A stretch of 64,000 nt of DNA, taken from positions 16,306,001 through 16,370,000 of the forward strand of contig OZ024740.1 in NCBI GenBank assembly GCA_964016885.1. The letters are read 5' to 3'. This DNA comes from Eledone cirrhosa (lineage: Eukaryota). Below the pieces are notes generated by a model. It ran no database searches. It was given only the letters and a program-made list of their open reading frames with translations, and was not told the DNA's origin. Position numbers and translations under genes: made by a program. Positions within the stretch are counted from its first letter, which is position 1; each line of letters opens with the position of its first letter. Below are positions 37,901 to 52,900 of this stretch, piece after piece.

Positions 37901-40900
37901 GAGCTTTACAGGGAGACATCAGTGTAAATATGGTGGCTTCTGGACAGAGGTTTACAGGGAGATATCAGTGTAAATATGGTGGCTTCTAGACAGAGCTTTG
38001 CAGGGAGACATCAGTGTAAATATGGTGGCTTCTGGACAGAGGTTTACAGGGAGACATCAGAGTAAATATGGTGGCTTCTAGACAGAGCTTTACAGGGAGA
38101 CATCAGTGTAAATATGGTGGCATCTGGACAGAGGTTTACAGGGAGACATCAGTGTAAATATGGTGGCATCTGGACAAAGGTTTACAGGGACACATCAGTG
38201 TAAATATCGTGGCTTCTAGACAGAGCTTTACAGGGAGATATCAGAGTAAATATGGTGGCTTCTGGACAGAGGTTTACAGGGAGATATCAGTGTAAATATG
38301 GTGGCTTCTAGACAGAGCTTTGCAGGGAGACATCAGTGTAAATATGGTGGCTTCTGGACAGAAATTTACAGAGAGCATCAGTGTAAATATGGTGACTTCT
38401 GGACAGAGGTTTACAGGGAGACATCAGTGTAAATATGGTGGGTTCTAGACAGAGGTTTACAGGGAGGCATCTGTGTAAATATGGTGGCTTCTGGACAGAG
38501 GTTTACAGGGAGACATCAGTGTAAATATGGTGGCTTCTAGATAGAGGTTTACAGGGAGACATCAGTGTAAATATGGTGGCTTCTAGACAGAGCTTTACAG
38601 GGAGATTTCAGAGTAAATATCGTGGCTTCTGGACAAAGCTTTACAGGGAGACATCAGTGTAAATATGGTGGCTTCTAGACAGAGCTTTGCATGGAGACAT
38701 AAGTGTAAATATGGTGGCTTCTGGACAGAGGTTTACAGGGAGACATCAGTGTAAATGTGGTGGCATCTGGACAGAGGTTTACAGGGAGACATCAGTGTAA
38801 ATATGGTGTCTTCTGGACAGAGCTTTACAGGGAGACATTAGTGTAAATATGGTGGCTTCTAGACAGAGCTTTACAGGGAGATATCAGAGTAAATATGGTG
38901 GCTTCTGGACAGAGGTTTACAGGGAGTCATCAGTGTAAATATGGTGGCTTCTGGACAGAGGTTTGCAGGGAGACATCAGTGTAAATATGGTGTCTTCTGG
39001 ACAGAGCTTTACAGGGAGACATTAGTGTAAATATGGTGGCTTCTAGACAGAGATTTACAGGGAGATATCAGAGTAAATATGGTGGCTTCTGGACAGAGGT
39101 TTACAGGGAGACATCAGTGTAAATATGGTGGCTTCTAGACAGAGGTTTACAGGGAGACATCAGTGTAAATATGTTGGCTTCTGGACAGAAGTTTACAGAG
39201 AGTATCAGTGTAAATATGGTGACTTCTGGACAGAGGTTTACAGGGAGACATCACTGTAAATATGGTTGGTTCTAGACAGAGGTTTACAGGGAGACATCTG
39301 TGTAAGTATGGTGGCTTCTGTACAGAGGTTTACAGGGAGACATCAGTGTAAATATGGTGGCTTCTAGATAGAGGTTTACAGGGAGACATCAGTGTAAATA
39401 TGGTGGCTTCTAGACAGAGGTTTACTGGGAGACATCACTGTAAATATGGTGTCTTCTGGACAGAGCTTTACAGGGAGACATTAGTGTAAATATGGTGGCT
39501 TCTAGACAGAGCTTTACAGGGAGATATCAGAGTAAATATGGTGGCTTCTGGACTGAGGTTTACAGGGAGACATCAGTGTAAATATGGTTACTTCTGGACA
39601 GAGGTTTACAGGGAGATATTAGTGTAAATATGGTGGCTTCTAGACAGATGTTTACTGGGAGACATCAGTGTAAATATGGTGGCTTCTAGACAAAGATTTA
39701 CAGGGAGACATCAGTGTAAATATGGTGGCTTCTAGACAGAGCTTTACAGGGAGACATCAGTGTAAAAAGGGTGGCTTCTAGACAGAGCTTTACAGGGAGA
39801 CATCAGTGTAAAAATGGTTGCTTCTGGAGAGGTTTACAGGGAGACATCAGTGTAAATATGGTGGCTTCTGGACAGAGGTTTACAGGGAGGCATCAGTGTA
39901 AATATGTTGGCTTCTAGACAGAGGTTTACAGGGAAACATCAGTGTAAATAAGGTGGCTTCTGGATAGAGGTTTACAGGGAGACATCAGTGTAAATATGGT
40001 GGCTTCTGGACAGAGGTTTACAGGGAGACATCAGTGTAAATATGGTGGCTTCTGGACAGAGCTTTACAGGGAGATATCAGAGTAAATATGGTGGCTTCTG
40101 GACAGAGGTTTACAGGGAGACATCAGTGTAAATATGGTGGCTTCTGGACAGAGGTTTACAGGGAGACATCAGTGTAAATATGGTAGGTCCTAGACAGGTT
40201 TACAGGGAGACATCTGTGTAAATATGGTGGCTTCTGGACAGAGGTTTACTGGGAGACATCAGTGTAAATATGGTGGATTCTAGACAGAGCTTTACAGGGA
40301 GACATCAGTGTAAATATGGTGGCTTCTGGACAGAGTTTTACAGGGAGACATCAGTGTAAATATGGTGGCATCTGGACAGAGGTTTACAGGGACACATCAG
40401 TGTAAATATGGTGGCTTCTGGACAGAGCTTTACAGGGAGATATCAGAGTAAATATGGTGGCTTCTGGACAGAGGTTTACAGGGAGACATCAGTGTAAATA
40501 TGGTGGCTTCTGGACAGAGGTTTACAGGGAGACATCAGTGTAAATATGGTGGCTTCTGGACAGAGGTTTACAGGGAGACATCAGTGTAAATATGGTAGGT
40601 CCTAGACAGGTTTACAGGGAGACATCTGTGTAAATATGGTGGCTTCTGGACAGAGGTTTACTGGGAGACATCAGTGTAAATATGGTGGATTCTAGACAGA
40701 GCTTTACAGGGAGACATCAGTGTAAATATGGTGGCTTCTGGACAGAGTTTTACAGGGAGACATCAGTGTAAATATGGTGGCATCTGGACAGAGGTTTACA
40801 GGGACACATCAGTGTAAATATGGTGGCTTCTAGAGAGAGCTTTACAGGGAGATTTCAGAGTAAATATCGTGGCTTCTGGACAAAGCTTTACAGGGAGACA

Positions 40901-43900
40901 TCAGTGTAAATATGGTGGCTTCTAGTAAGAGATTTACTGGGAGACATCAGTGTAAATATGGTGGCTTCTAGACAGAGCTTTACAGGGAGACAACAGTGTA
41001 AATATGGTGGCTTCTGGACAAAGGTTTACAGAGAGATATCAGTGTAAATATGGTGGCTTCTAGACAGTGCTTTGCAGGGAGACATAAGTGTAAATATGGT
41101 GGCTTCTGGACAGAGGTTTACAGGGAGACATCAGAGTAAATATGGTGGCTTCTAGACAGACGTTTACAGGGAGACATCAGTGTAAATATGGTGGCATCTA
41201 GACAGAGGTTTACAGGGAGACATTAGTGTAAATATGGTGGCTTCTAGACAGAGCTTTACAGGGAGATATCAGAGTAAATATGGTGGCTTCTAGACAAAGC
41301 GTTACAGGGAGACATCAGTGTAAACATGGTTGCTTCCAGACAGAGGTTTACTGGGAGACATCAGTGTAAATATGGTGGCTTCTAGACAAAGTTTTACAGG
41401 GAGACATCAGTGTAAATATGGTGGCTTCTGGACAGAGGTTTACAGGGAGATATCAGTGTAAATATGGTGGCTTCTAGACAGAGATTTGCAGGGAGACATC
41501 AGTGTAAATATGGTGGCTTCTGGACAGAGGTTTACAGGGAGACATCAGAGTAAATATGGTGGCCTCTGGACAAAGGTTTACAAGGACACATCAGTGTAAA
41601 TATGGTGGCTTCTAGATAGAGCTTTACAGGGAGATGTCAGAGTAAATATGGTGGCTTCTAGACAGAGGTTTACAGGGAAACCTCAGTGTAAAGATGGTGG
41701 CTTCCAGACGGAGGTTTACAGGGAGACATCAGTGTAAATATGGTGGCTTCTGGATAGAGGTTTACAGGGAGACATCAGTGTAAATGTGGTGGCTTCTGGA
41801 CAGAGGTTTACAGGAAGACATTAGTGTAAATATGGTGGCTTCTGGACAGAGGTTTATAGGGAGATATCAGTGTTAATATGGTGGCTTCTGGACAGAGGTT
41901 TACAGGGAGACATCAGTGTAAATATGGTGGCTTCTGGAGAGAGGTTTACAGGGAGACATCAGTGTAAATATGGTGGCTTCTAGACAGAGCTTTGCAGGGA
42001 GACATCAGTGTAAATATGGTGGCTTCTGGACAATGGTTTACAGGGAGACATCAGAGTAAATATGGTGGCTTCTACACAGAGCTTTACAGGGAGACATCAG
42101 TGTAAATATGGTGGCATCTGGAAAGAGGTTTACAGGGAGACATCAGTGTAAATATGGTGGCTTCTGGACAGAGCTTTACAGTGAGACATTAGTGTAAATA
42201 TGGTGGCTTCTAGACAGAGGTTTACAGGGAGACATTAGTGTAAATATGGTGGCTTCTAGACAGAGCTTTACAGGGAGATATCAGAGTAAATATGGTGGCT
42301 TCTAAACAAAGCTTTACAGGGAGAGATCAGTGTAAATATGGTGGCTTCTAGACAGGTTTACTGGGATACATCACTGTAAATATCGTGGCTTCTGGACAAA
42401 GCTTTACAGGGAGACATCAGTGTAAATATTGTGGCTTCTAGACAGAGCTTTACAGGGAGACATCAGTGTAAATATGGTGGCTTCTAGACAGAGCTTTACA
42501 GGGAGACATCAGTGTAAATATGGTGGCTTCTGGACAGAGGTTTACAGGGAGACATCAGTGTAAATATGGTGGCTTCTGGACAGAGGTTTACAGGGAGACA
42601 TCAGTGTAAATGTGGTGGCATCTGGATGGAGGTTTACAGGGAGACATCAGTGTAAATATGGTGTCTTCTGGACAGAGCTTTACAGGGAGACATTAGTGTA
42701 AATATGGTGGCTTCTAGACAGAGATTTACAGGGAGACATCAGTGTAAATATGGTTGCTTCTAGACAGAGGTTTACTGGGAGACATCAGTGTAAATATGGT
42801 GGCTTCTAGACAGAGCTTTACAGGGAGACATCAGTGTAAATATGGTGGCTTCTGGACAGAGGTTTACAGGGAGATATCAGTGTAAATATGGTGGCTTCTG
42901 GACAGAGGTTTAGAGGGAGATATTAGTGTAAATATGGTGTCTTCTGGACAGAGCTTTACAGGGAGACATCAGTGTAAATATGGTGGCTTCTAGACAGAGG
43001 TTTACTGGGAGACATCAGTGTAAATATGGTGGCTTCTAGACAGGTTTACAGGGAGACATCAGTGTAAATATGGTGGCTTCTGGACAGAGGTTTACAGGGA
43101 GATATCAGTGTAAATATGGTGGCTTCTAGATAGAGCTTTACAGGGAGACATCTGTGTAAATATGGTGGCTTCTGGACAGAGGTTTACAGGGAGATATCAT
43201 TGTAAATATGGTGGCTTCTAGACAGAGGTTTACAGGGAGACATATGTGTAATTATGGTGGCTTCTAGACAGAGCTTTACAGGGAGATATCAGAGTAAATA
43301 TGGTGGCTTCTAGACAAAGCATTACAGGGAGACATCAGTGTAAATATGGTTGCTTCTAGACAGAGGTTTACTGGGAGACATCAGTGTAAATATGGTGGCT
43401 TCTAGACAGAGCTTTACAGGGAGACATCAGTGTAAATATGGTGGCTTCTGGACAGAGGTTTACAGGGAGATATCAGTGTAAATATGGTGGCTTCTAGACA
43501 GAGCTTTGCAGGGAGACATCAGTGTAAATATGGTGGCTTCTGGACAGAGGTTTACAGGGAGACATCAGAGTAAATATGGTGGCTTCTAGACAGAGCTTTA
43601 CAGGGAGACATCAGTGTAAATATGGTGGCATCTGGACAGAGGTTTACAGGGAGACATCAGTGTAAATATGGTGGCATCTGGACAAAGGTTTACAGGGACA
43701 CATCAGTGTAAATATCGTGGCTTCTAGACAGAGCTTTACAGGGAGATATCAGAGTAAATATGGTGGCTTCTGGACAGAGGTTTACAGGGAGATATCAGTG
43801 TAAATATGGTGGCTTCTAGACAGAGCTTTGCAGGGAGACATCAGTGTAAATATGGTGGCTTCTGGACAGAAATTTACAGAGAGCATCAGTGTAAATATGG

Positions 43901-46900
43901 TGACTTCTGGACAGAGGTTTACAGGGAGATATCAGTGTAAATATGGTGGGTTCTAGACAGAGGTTTACAGGGAGGCATCTGTGTAAATATGGTGGCTTCT
44001 GGACAGAGGTTTACAGGGAGACATCAGTGTAAATATGGTGGCTTCTAGATAGAGGTTTACAGGGAGACATCAGTGTAAATATGGTGGCTTCTAGACAGAG
44101 CTTTACAGGGAGATTTCAGAGTAAATATCGTGGCTTCTGGACAAAGCTTTACAGGGAGACATCAGTGTAAATATGGTGGCTTCTAGACAGAGCTTTGCAT
44201 GGAGACATAAGTGTAAATATGGTGGCTTCTGGACAGAGGTTTACAGGGAGACATCAGTGTAAATGTGGTGGCATCTGGACAGAGGTTTACAGGGAGACAT
44301 CAGTGTAAATATGGTGTCTTCTGGACAGAGCTTTACAGGGAGACATTAGTGTAAATATGGTGGCTTCTAGACAGAGCTTTACAGGGAGATATCAGAGTAA
44401 ATATGGTGGCTTCTGGACAGAGGTTTACAGGGAGACATCAGTGTAAATATGGTGGCTTCTGGACAGAGGTTTGCAGGGAGACATCAGTGTAAATATGGTG
44501 TCTTCTGGACAGAGCTTTACAGGGAGACATTAGTGTAAATATGGTGGCTTCTAGACAGAGATTTACAGGGAGATATCAGAGTAAATATGGTGGCTTCTGG
44601 ACAGAGGTTTACAGGGAGACATCAGTGTAAATATGGTGGCTTCTAGACAGAGGTTTACAGGGAGACATCAGTGTAAATATGTTGGCTTCTGGACAGAAGT
44701 TTACAGAGAGTATCAGTGTAAATATGGTGACTTCTGGACAGAGGTTTACAGGGAGACATCACTGTAAATATGGTTGGTTCTAGACAGAGGTTTACAGGGA
44801 GACATCTGTGTAAGTATGGTGGCTTCTGTACAGAGGTTTACAGGGAGACATCAGTGTAAATATGGTGGCTTCTAGATAGAGGTTTACAGGGAGACATCAG
44901 TGTAAATATGGTGGCTTCTAGACAGAGGTTTACTGGGAGACATCACTGTAAATATGGTGTCTTCTGGACAGAGCTTTACAGGGAGACATTAGTGTAAATA
45001 TGGTGGCTTCTAGACAGAGCTTTACAGGGAGATATCAGAGTAAATATGGTGGCTTCTGGACTGAGGTTTACAGGGAGACATCAGTGTAAATATGGTTACT
45101 TCTGGACAGAGGTTTACAGGGCGATATTAGTGTAAAAATGGTGGCTTCTAGACAGATGTTTACTGGGAGACATCAGTGTAAATATGGTGGCTTCTAGACA
45201 AAGATTTACAGGGAGACATCAGTGTAAATATGGTGGCTTCTAGACAGAGCTTTACAGGGAGACATCAGTATAAAAAGGGTGGCTTCTAGACAGAGCTTTA
45301 CAGGGAGACATCAGTGTAAAAATGGTTGCTTCTGGAAAGGTTTACAAGGAGACATCAGTGTAAATATGGTGGCTTCTGGACAGAGGTTTACAGGGAGGCA
45401 TCAGTGTAAATATGTTGGCTTCTAGACAGAGGTTTACAGGGAAACATCAGTGTAAATAAGGTGGCTTCTGGATAGAGGTTTACAGGGAGACATCAGTGTA
45501 AATATGGTGGCTTCTGGACAGAGGTTTACAGGGAGACATCAGTGTAAATATGGTGGCTTCTGGACAGAGCTTTACAGGGAGATATCAGAGTAAATATGGT
45601 GGCTTCTGGACAGAGGTTTACAGGGAGACATCAGTGTAAATATGGTGGCTTCTGGACAGAGGTTTACAGGGAGACATCAGTGTAAATATGGTAGGTCCTA
45701 GACAGGTTTACAGGGAGACATCTGTGTAAATATGGTGGCTTCTGGACAGAGGTTTACTGGGAGACATCAGTGTAAATATGGTGGATTCTAGACAGAGCTT
45801 TACAGGGAGACATCAGTGTAAATATGGTGGCTTCTGGACAGAGTTTTACAGGGAGACATCAGTGTAAATATGGTGGCATCTGGACAGAGGTTTACAGGGA
45901 CACATCAGTGTAAATATGGTGGCTTCTAGAGAGAGCTTTACAGGGAGATTTCAGAGTAAATATCGTGGCTTCTGGACAAAGCTTTACAGGGAGACATCAG
46001 TGTAAATATGGTGGCTTCTAGTAAGAGATTTACTGGGAGACATCAGTGTAAATATGGTGGCTTCTAGACAGAGCTTTACAGGGAGACAACAGTGTAAATA
46101 TGGTGGCTTCTGGACAAAGGTTTACAGAGAGATATCAGTGTAAATATGGTGGCTTCTAGACAGTGCTTTGCAGGGAGACATAAGTGTAAATATGGTGGCT
46201 TCTGGACAGAGGTTTACAGGGAGACATCAGAGTAAATATGGTGGCTTCTAGACAGAGGTTTACAGGGAAACCTCAGTGTAAAGATGGTGGCTTCCAGACG
46301 GAGGTTTACAGGGAGACATCAGTGTAAATATGGTGGCTTCTGGATAGAGGTTTACAGGGAGACATCAGTGTAAATGTGGTGGCTTCTGGACAGAGGTTTA
46401 CAGGAAGACATTAGTGTAAATATGGTGGCTTCTGGACAGAGGTTTATAGGGAGATATCAGTGTTAATATGGTGGCTTCTGGACAGAGGTTTACAGGGAGA
46501 CATCAGTGTAAATATGGTGGCTTCTGGAGAGAGGTTTACAGGGAGACATCAGTGTAAATATGGTGGCTTCTAGACAGAGCTTTGCAGGGAGACATCAGTG
46601 TAAATATGGTGGCTTCTGGACAGAGGTTTACAGGGAGACATCAGAGTAAATATGGTGGCTTCTAGACAGAGCTTTACAGGGAGACATCAGTGTAAATATG
46701 GTGGCATCTGGAAAGAGGTTTACAGGGAGACATCAGTGTAAATATGGTGGCTTCTGGACAGAGCTTTACAGTGAGACATTAGTGTAAATATGGTGGCTTC
46801 TAGACAGAGGTTTACAGGGAGACATTAGTGTAAATATGGTGGCTTCTAGACAGAGCTTTACAGGGAGATATCAGAGTAAATATGGTGGCTTCTAAACAAA

Positions 46901-49900
46901 GCTTTACAGGGAGAGATCAGTGTAAATATGGTGGCTTCTAGACAGGTTTACTGGGATACATCACTGTAAATATCGTGGCTTCTGGACAAAGCTTTACAGG
47001 GAGACATCAGTGTAAATATTGTGGCTTCTAGACAGAGCTTTACAGGGAGACATCAGTGTAAATATGGTGGCTTCTAGACAGAGCTTTACAGGGAGACATC
47101 AGTGTAAATATGGTGGCTTCTGGACAGAGGTTTACAGGGAGACATCAGTGTAAATATGGTGGCTTCTGGACAGAGGTTTACAGGGAGACATCAGTGTAAA
47201 TGTGGTGGCATCTGGATGGAGGTTTACAGGGAGACATCAGTGTAAATATGGTGTCTTCTGGACAGAGCTTTACAGGGAGACATTAGTGTAAATATGGTGG
47301 CTTCTAGACAGAGATTTACAGGGAGACATCAGTGTAAATATGGTTGCTTCTAGACAGAGGTTTACTGGGAGACATCAGTGTAAATATGGTGGCTTCTAGA
47401 CAGAGCTTTACAGGGAGACATCAGTGTAAATATGGTGGCTTCTGGACAGAGGTTTACAGGGAGATATCAGTGTAAATATGGTGGCTTCTGGACAGAGGTT
47501 TAGAGGGAGATATTAGTGTAAATATGGTGTCTTCTGGACAGAGCTTTACAGGGAGACATCAGTGTAAATATGGTGGCTTCTAGACAGAGGTTTACTGGGA
47601 GACATCAGTGTAAATATGGTGGCTTCTAGACAGGTTTACAGGGAGACATCAGTGTAAATATGGTGGCTTCTGGACAGAGGTTTACAGGGAGATATCAGTG
47701 TAAATATGGTGGCTTCTAGATAGAGCTTTACAGGGAGACATCTGTGTAAATATGGTGGCTTCTGGACAGAGGTTTACAGGGAGATATCATTGTAAATATG
47801 GTGGCTTCTAGACAGAGGTTTACAGGGAGACATATGTGTAATTATGGTGGCTTCTAGACAGAGCTTTACAGGGAGATATCAGAGTAAATATGGTGGCTTC
47901 TAGACAAAGCATTACAGGGAGACATCAGTGTAAATATGGTTGCTTCTAGACAGAGGTTTACTGGGAGACATCAGTGTAAATATGGTGGCTTCTAGACAGA
48001 GCTTTACAGGGAGACATCAGTGTAAATATGGTGGCTTCTGGACAGAGGTTTACAGGGAGATATCAGTGTAAATATGGTGGCTTCTAGACAGAGCTTTGCA
48101 GGGAGACATCAGTGTAAATATGGTGGCTTCTGGACAGAGGTTTACAGGGAGACATCAGAGTAAATATGGTGGCTTCTAGACAGAGCTTTACAGGGAGACA
48201 TCAGTGTAAATATGGTGGCATCTGGACAGAGGTTTACAGGGAGACATCAGTGTAAATATGGTGGCATCTGGACAAAGGTTTACAGGGACACATCAGTGTA
48301 AATATCGTGGCTTCTAGACAGAGCTTTACAGGGAGATATCAGAGTAAATATGGTGGCTTCTGGACAGAGGTTTACAGGGAGATATCAGTGTAAATATGGT
48401 GGCTTCTAGACAGAGCTTTGCAGGGAGACATCAGTGTAAATATGGTGGCTTCTGGACAGAAATTTACAGAGGGCATCAGTGTAAATATGGTGACTTCTGG
48501 ACAGAGGTTTACAGGGAGATATCAGTGTAAATATGGTGGGTTCTAGACAGAGGTTTACAGGGAGGCATCTGTGTAAATATGGTGGCTTCTGGACAGAGGT
48601 TTACAGGGAGACATCAGTGTAAATATGGTGGCTTCTAGATAGAGGTTTACAGGGAGACATCAGTGTAAATATGGTGGCTTCTAGACAGAGCTTTACAGGG
48701 AGATTTCAGAGTAAATATCGTGGCTTCTGGACAAAGCTTTACAGGGAGACATCAGTGTAAATATGGTGGCTTCTAGACAGAGCTTTGCATGGAGACATAA
48801 GTGTAAATATGGTGGCTTCTGGACAGAGGTTTACAGGGAGACATCAGTGTAAATGTGGTGGCATCTGGACAGAGGTTTACAGGGAGACATCAGTGTAAAT
48901 ATGGTGTCTTCTGGACAGAGCTTTACAGGGAGACATTAGTGTAAATATGGTGGCTTCTAGACAGAGCTTTACAGGGAGATATCAGAGTAAATATGGTGGC
49001 TTCTGGACAGAGGTTTACAGGGAGACATCAGTGTAAATATGGTGGCTTCTGGACAGAGGTTTGCAGGGAGACATCAGTGTAAATATGGTGTCTTCTGGAC
49101 AGAGCTTTACAGGGAGACATTAGTGTAAATATGGTGGCTTCTAGACAGAGATTTACAGGGAGATATCAGAGTAAATATGGTGGCTTCTGGACAGAGGTTT
49201 ACAGGGAGACATCAGTGTAAATATGGTGGCTTCTAGACAGAGGTTTACAGGGAGACATCAGTGTAAATATGTTGGCTTCTGGACAGAAGTTTACAGAGAG
49301 TATCAGTGTAAATATGGTGACTTCTGGACAGAGGTTTACAGGGAGACATCACTGTAAATATGGTTGGTTCTAGACAGAGGTTTACAGGGAGACATCTGTG
49401 TAAGTATGGTGGCTTCTGTACAGAGGTTTACAGGGAGACATCAGTGTAAATATGGTGGCTTCTAGATAGAGGTTTACAGGGAGACATCAGTGTAAATATG
49501 GTGGCTTCTAGACAGAGGTTTACTGGGAGACATCACTGTAAATATGGTGTCTTCTGGACAGAGCTTTACAGGGAGACATTAGTGTAAATATGGTGGCTTC
49601 TAGACAGAGCTTTACAGGGAGACATCAGTGTAAACATGGTTGCTTCCAGACAGAGGTTTACTGGGAGACATCAGTGTAAATATGGTGGCTTCTAGACAAA
49701 GCGTTACAGGGAGACATCAGTGTAAACATGGTTGCTTCCAGACAGAGGTTTACTGGGAGACATCAGTGTAAATATGGTGGCTTCTAGACAAAGTTTTACA
49801 GGGAGACATCAGTGTAAATATGGTGGCTTCTAGACAAAGCGTTACAGGGAGACATCAGTGTAAACATGGTTGCTTCCAGACAGAGGTTTACTGGGAGACA

Positions 49901-52900
49901 TCAGTGTAAATATGGTGGCTTCTAGACAAAGTTTTACAGGGAGACATCAGTGTAAATATGGTGGCTTCTGGACAGAGGTTTACAGGGAGATATCAGTGTA
50001 AATATGGTGGCTTCTAGACAGAGATTTGCAGGGAGACATCAGTGTAAATATGGTGGCTTCTGGACAGAGGTTTACAGGGAGACATCAGAGTAAATATGGT
50101 GGCCTCTGGACAAAGGTTTACAAGGACACATCAGTGTAAATATGGTGGCTTCTAGATAGAGCTTTACAGGGAGATGTCAGAGTAAATATGGTGGCTTCTA
50201 GACAGAGGTTTACAGGGAAACCTCAGTGTAAAGATGGTGGCTTCCAGACGGAGGTTTACAGGGAGACATCAGTGTAAATATGGTGGCTTCTGGATAGAGG
50301 TTTACAGGGAGACATCAGTGTAAATGTGGTGGCTTCTGGACAGAGGTTTACAGGAAGACATTAGTGTAAATATGGTGGCTTCTGGACAGAGGTTTATAGG
50401 GAGATATCAGTGTTAATATGGTGGCTTCTGGACAGAGGTTTACAGGGAGACATCAGTGTAAATATGGTGGCTTCTGGAGAGAGGTTTACAGGGAGACATC
50501 AGTGTAAATATGGTGGCTTCTAGACAGAGCTTTGCAGGGAGACATCAGTGTAAATATGGTGGCTTCTGGACAGAGGTTTACAGGGAGACATCAGAGTAAA
50601 TATGGTGGCTTCTAGACAGAGCTTTACAGGGAGACATCAGTGTAAATATGGTGGCATCTGGAAAGAGGTTTACAGGGAGACATCAGTGTAAATATGGTGG
50701 CTTCTGGACAGAGCTTTACAGTGAGACATTAGTGTAAATATGGTGGCTTCTAGACAGAGGTTTACAGGGAGACATTAGTGTAAATATGGTGGCTTCTAGA
50801 CAGAGCTTTACAGGGAGATATCAGAGTAAATATGGTGGCTTCTAAACAAAGCTTTACAGGGAGAGATCAGTGTAAATATGGTGGCTTCTAGACAGGTTTA
50901 CTGGGATACATCACTGTAAATATCGTGGCTTCTGGACAAAGCTTTACAGGGAGACATCAGTGTAAATATTGTGGCTTCTAGACAGAGCTTTACAGGGAGA
51001 CATCAGTGTAAATATGGTGGCTTCTAGACAGAGCTTTACAGGGAGACATCAGTGTAAATATGGTGGCTTCTGGACAGAGGTTTACAGGGAGACATCAGTG
51101 TAAATATGGTGGCTTCTGGACAGAGGTTTACAGGGAGACATCAGTGTAAATGTGGTGGCATCTGGATGGAGGTTTACAGGGAGACATCAGTGTAAATATG
51201 GTGTCTTCTGGACAGAGCTTTACAGGGAGACATTAGTGTAAATATGGTGGCTTCTAGACAGAGATTTACAGGGAGACATCAGTGTAAATATGGTTGCTTC
51301 TAGACAGAGGTTTACTGGGAGACATCAGTGTAAATATGGTGGCTTCTAGACAGAGCTTTACAGGGAGACATCAGTGTAAATATGGTGGCTTCTGGACAGA
51401 GGTTTACAGGGAGATATCAGTGTAAATATGGTGGCTTCTGGACAGAGGTTTAGAGGGAGATATTAGTGTAAATATGGTGTCTTCTGGACAGAGCTTTACA
51501 GGGAGACATCAGTGTAAATATGGTGGCTTCTAGACAGAGGTTTACTGGGAGACATCAGTGTAAATATGGTGGCTTCTAGACAGGTTTACAGGGAGACATC
51601 AGTGTAAATATGGTGGCTTCTGGACAGAGGTTTACAGGGAGATATCAGTGTAAATATGGTGGCTTCTAGATAGAGCTTTACAGGGAGACATCTGTGTAAA
51701 TATGGTGGCTTCTGGACAGAGGTTTACAGGGAGATATCATTGTAAATATGGTGGCTTCTAGACAGAGGTTTACAGGGAGACATATGTGTAATTATGGTGG
51801 CTTCTAGACAGAGCTTTACAGGGAGATATCAGAGTAAATATGGTGGCTTCTAGACAAAGCATTACAGGGAGACATCAGTGTAAATATGGTTGCTTCTAGA
51901 CAGAGGTTTACTGGGAGACATCAGTGTAAATATGGTGGCTTCTAGACAGAGCTTTACAGGGAGACATCAGTGTAAATATGGTGGCTTCTGGACAGAGGTT
52001 TACAGGGAGATATCAGTGTAAATATGGTGGCTTCTAGACAGAGCTTTGCAGGGAGACATCAGTGTAAATATGGTGGCTTCTGGACAGAGGTTTACAGGGA
52101 GACATCAGAGTAAATATGGTGGCTTCTAGACAGAGCTTTACAGGGAGACATCAGTGTAAATATGGTGGCATCTGGACAGAGGTTTACAGGGAGACATCAG
52201 TGTAAATATGGTGGCATCTGGACAAAGGTTTACAGGGACACATCAGTGTAAATATCGTGGCTTCTAGACAGAGCTTTACAGGGAGATATCAGAGTAAATA
52301 TGGTGGCTTCTGGACAGAGGTTTACAGGGAGATATCAGTGTAAATATGGTGGCTTCTAGACAGAGCTTTGCAGGGAGACATCAGTGTAAATATGGTGGCT
52401 TCTGGACAGAAATTTACAGAGAGCATCAGTGTAAATATGGTGACTTCTGGACAGAGGTTTACAGGGAGATATCAGTGTAAATATGGTGGGTTCTAGACAG
52501 AGGTTTACAGGGAGGCATCTGTGTAAATATGGTGGCTTCTGGACAGAGGTTTACAGGGAGACATCAGTGTAAATATGGTGGCTTCTAGATAGAGGTTTAC
52601 AGGGAGACATCAGTGTAAATATGGTGGCTTCTAGACAGAGCTTTACAGGGAGATTTCAGAGTAAATATCGTGGCTTCTGGACAAAGCTTTACAGGGAGAC
52701 ATCAGTGTAAATATGGTGGCTTCTAGACAGAGCTTTGCATGGAGACATAAGTGTAAATATGGTGGCTTCTGGACAGAGGTTTACAGGGAGACATCAGTGT
52801 AAATGTGGTGGCATCTGGACAGAGGTTTACAGGGAGACATCAGTGTAAATATGGTGTCTTCTGGACAGAGCTTTACAGGGAGACATTAGTGTAAATATGG

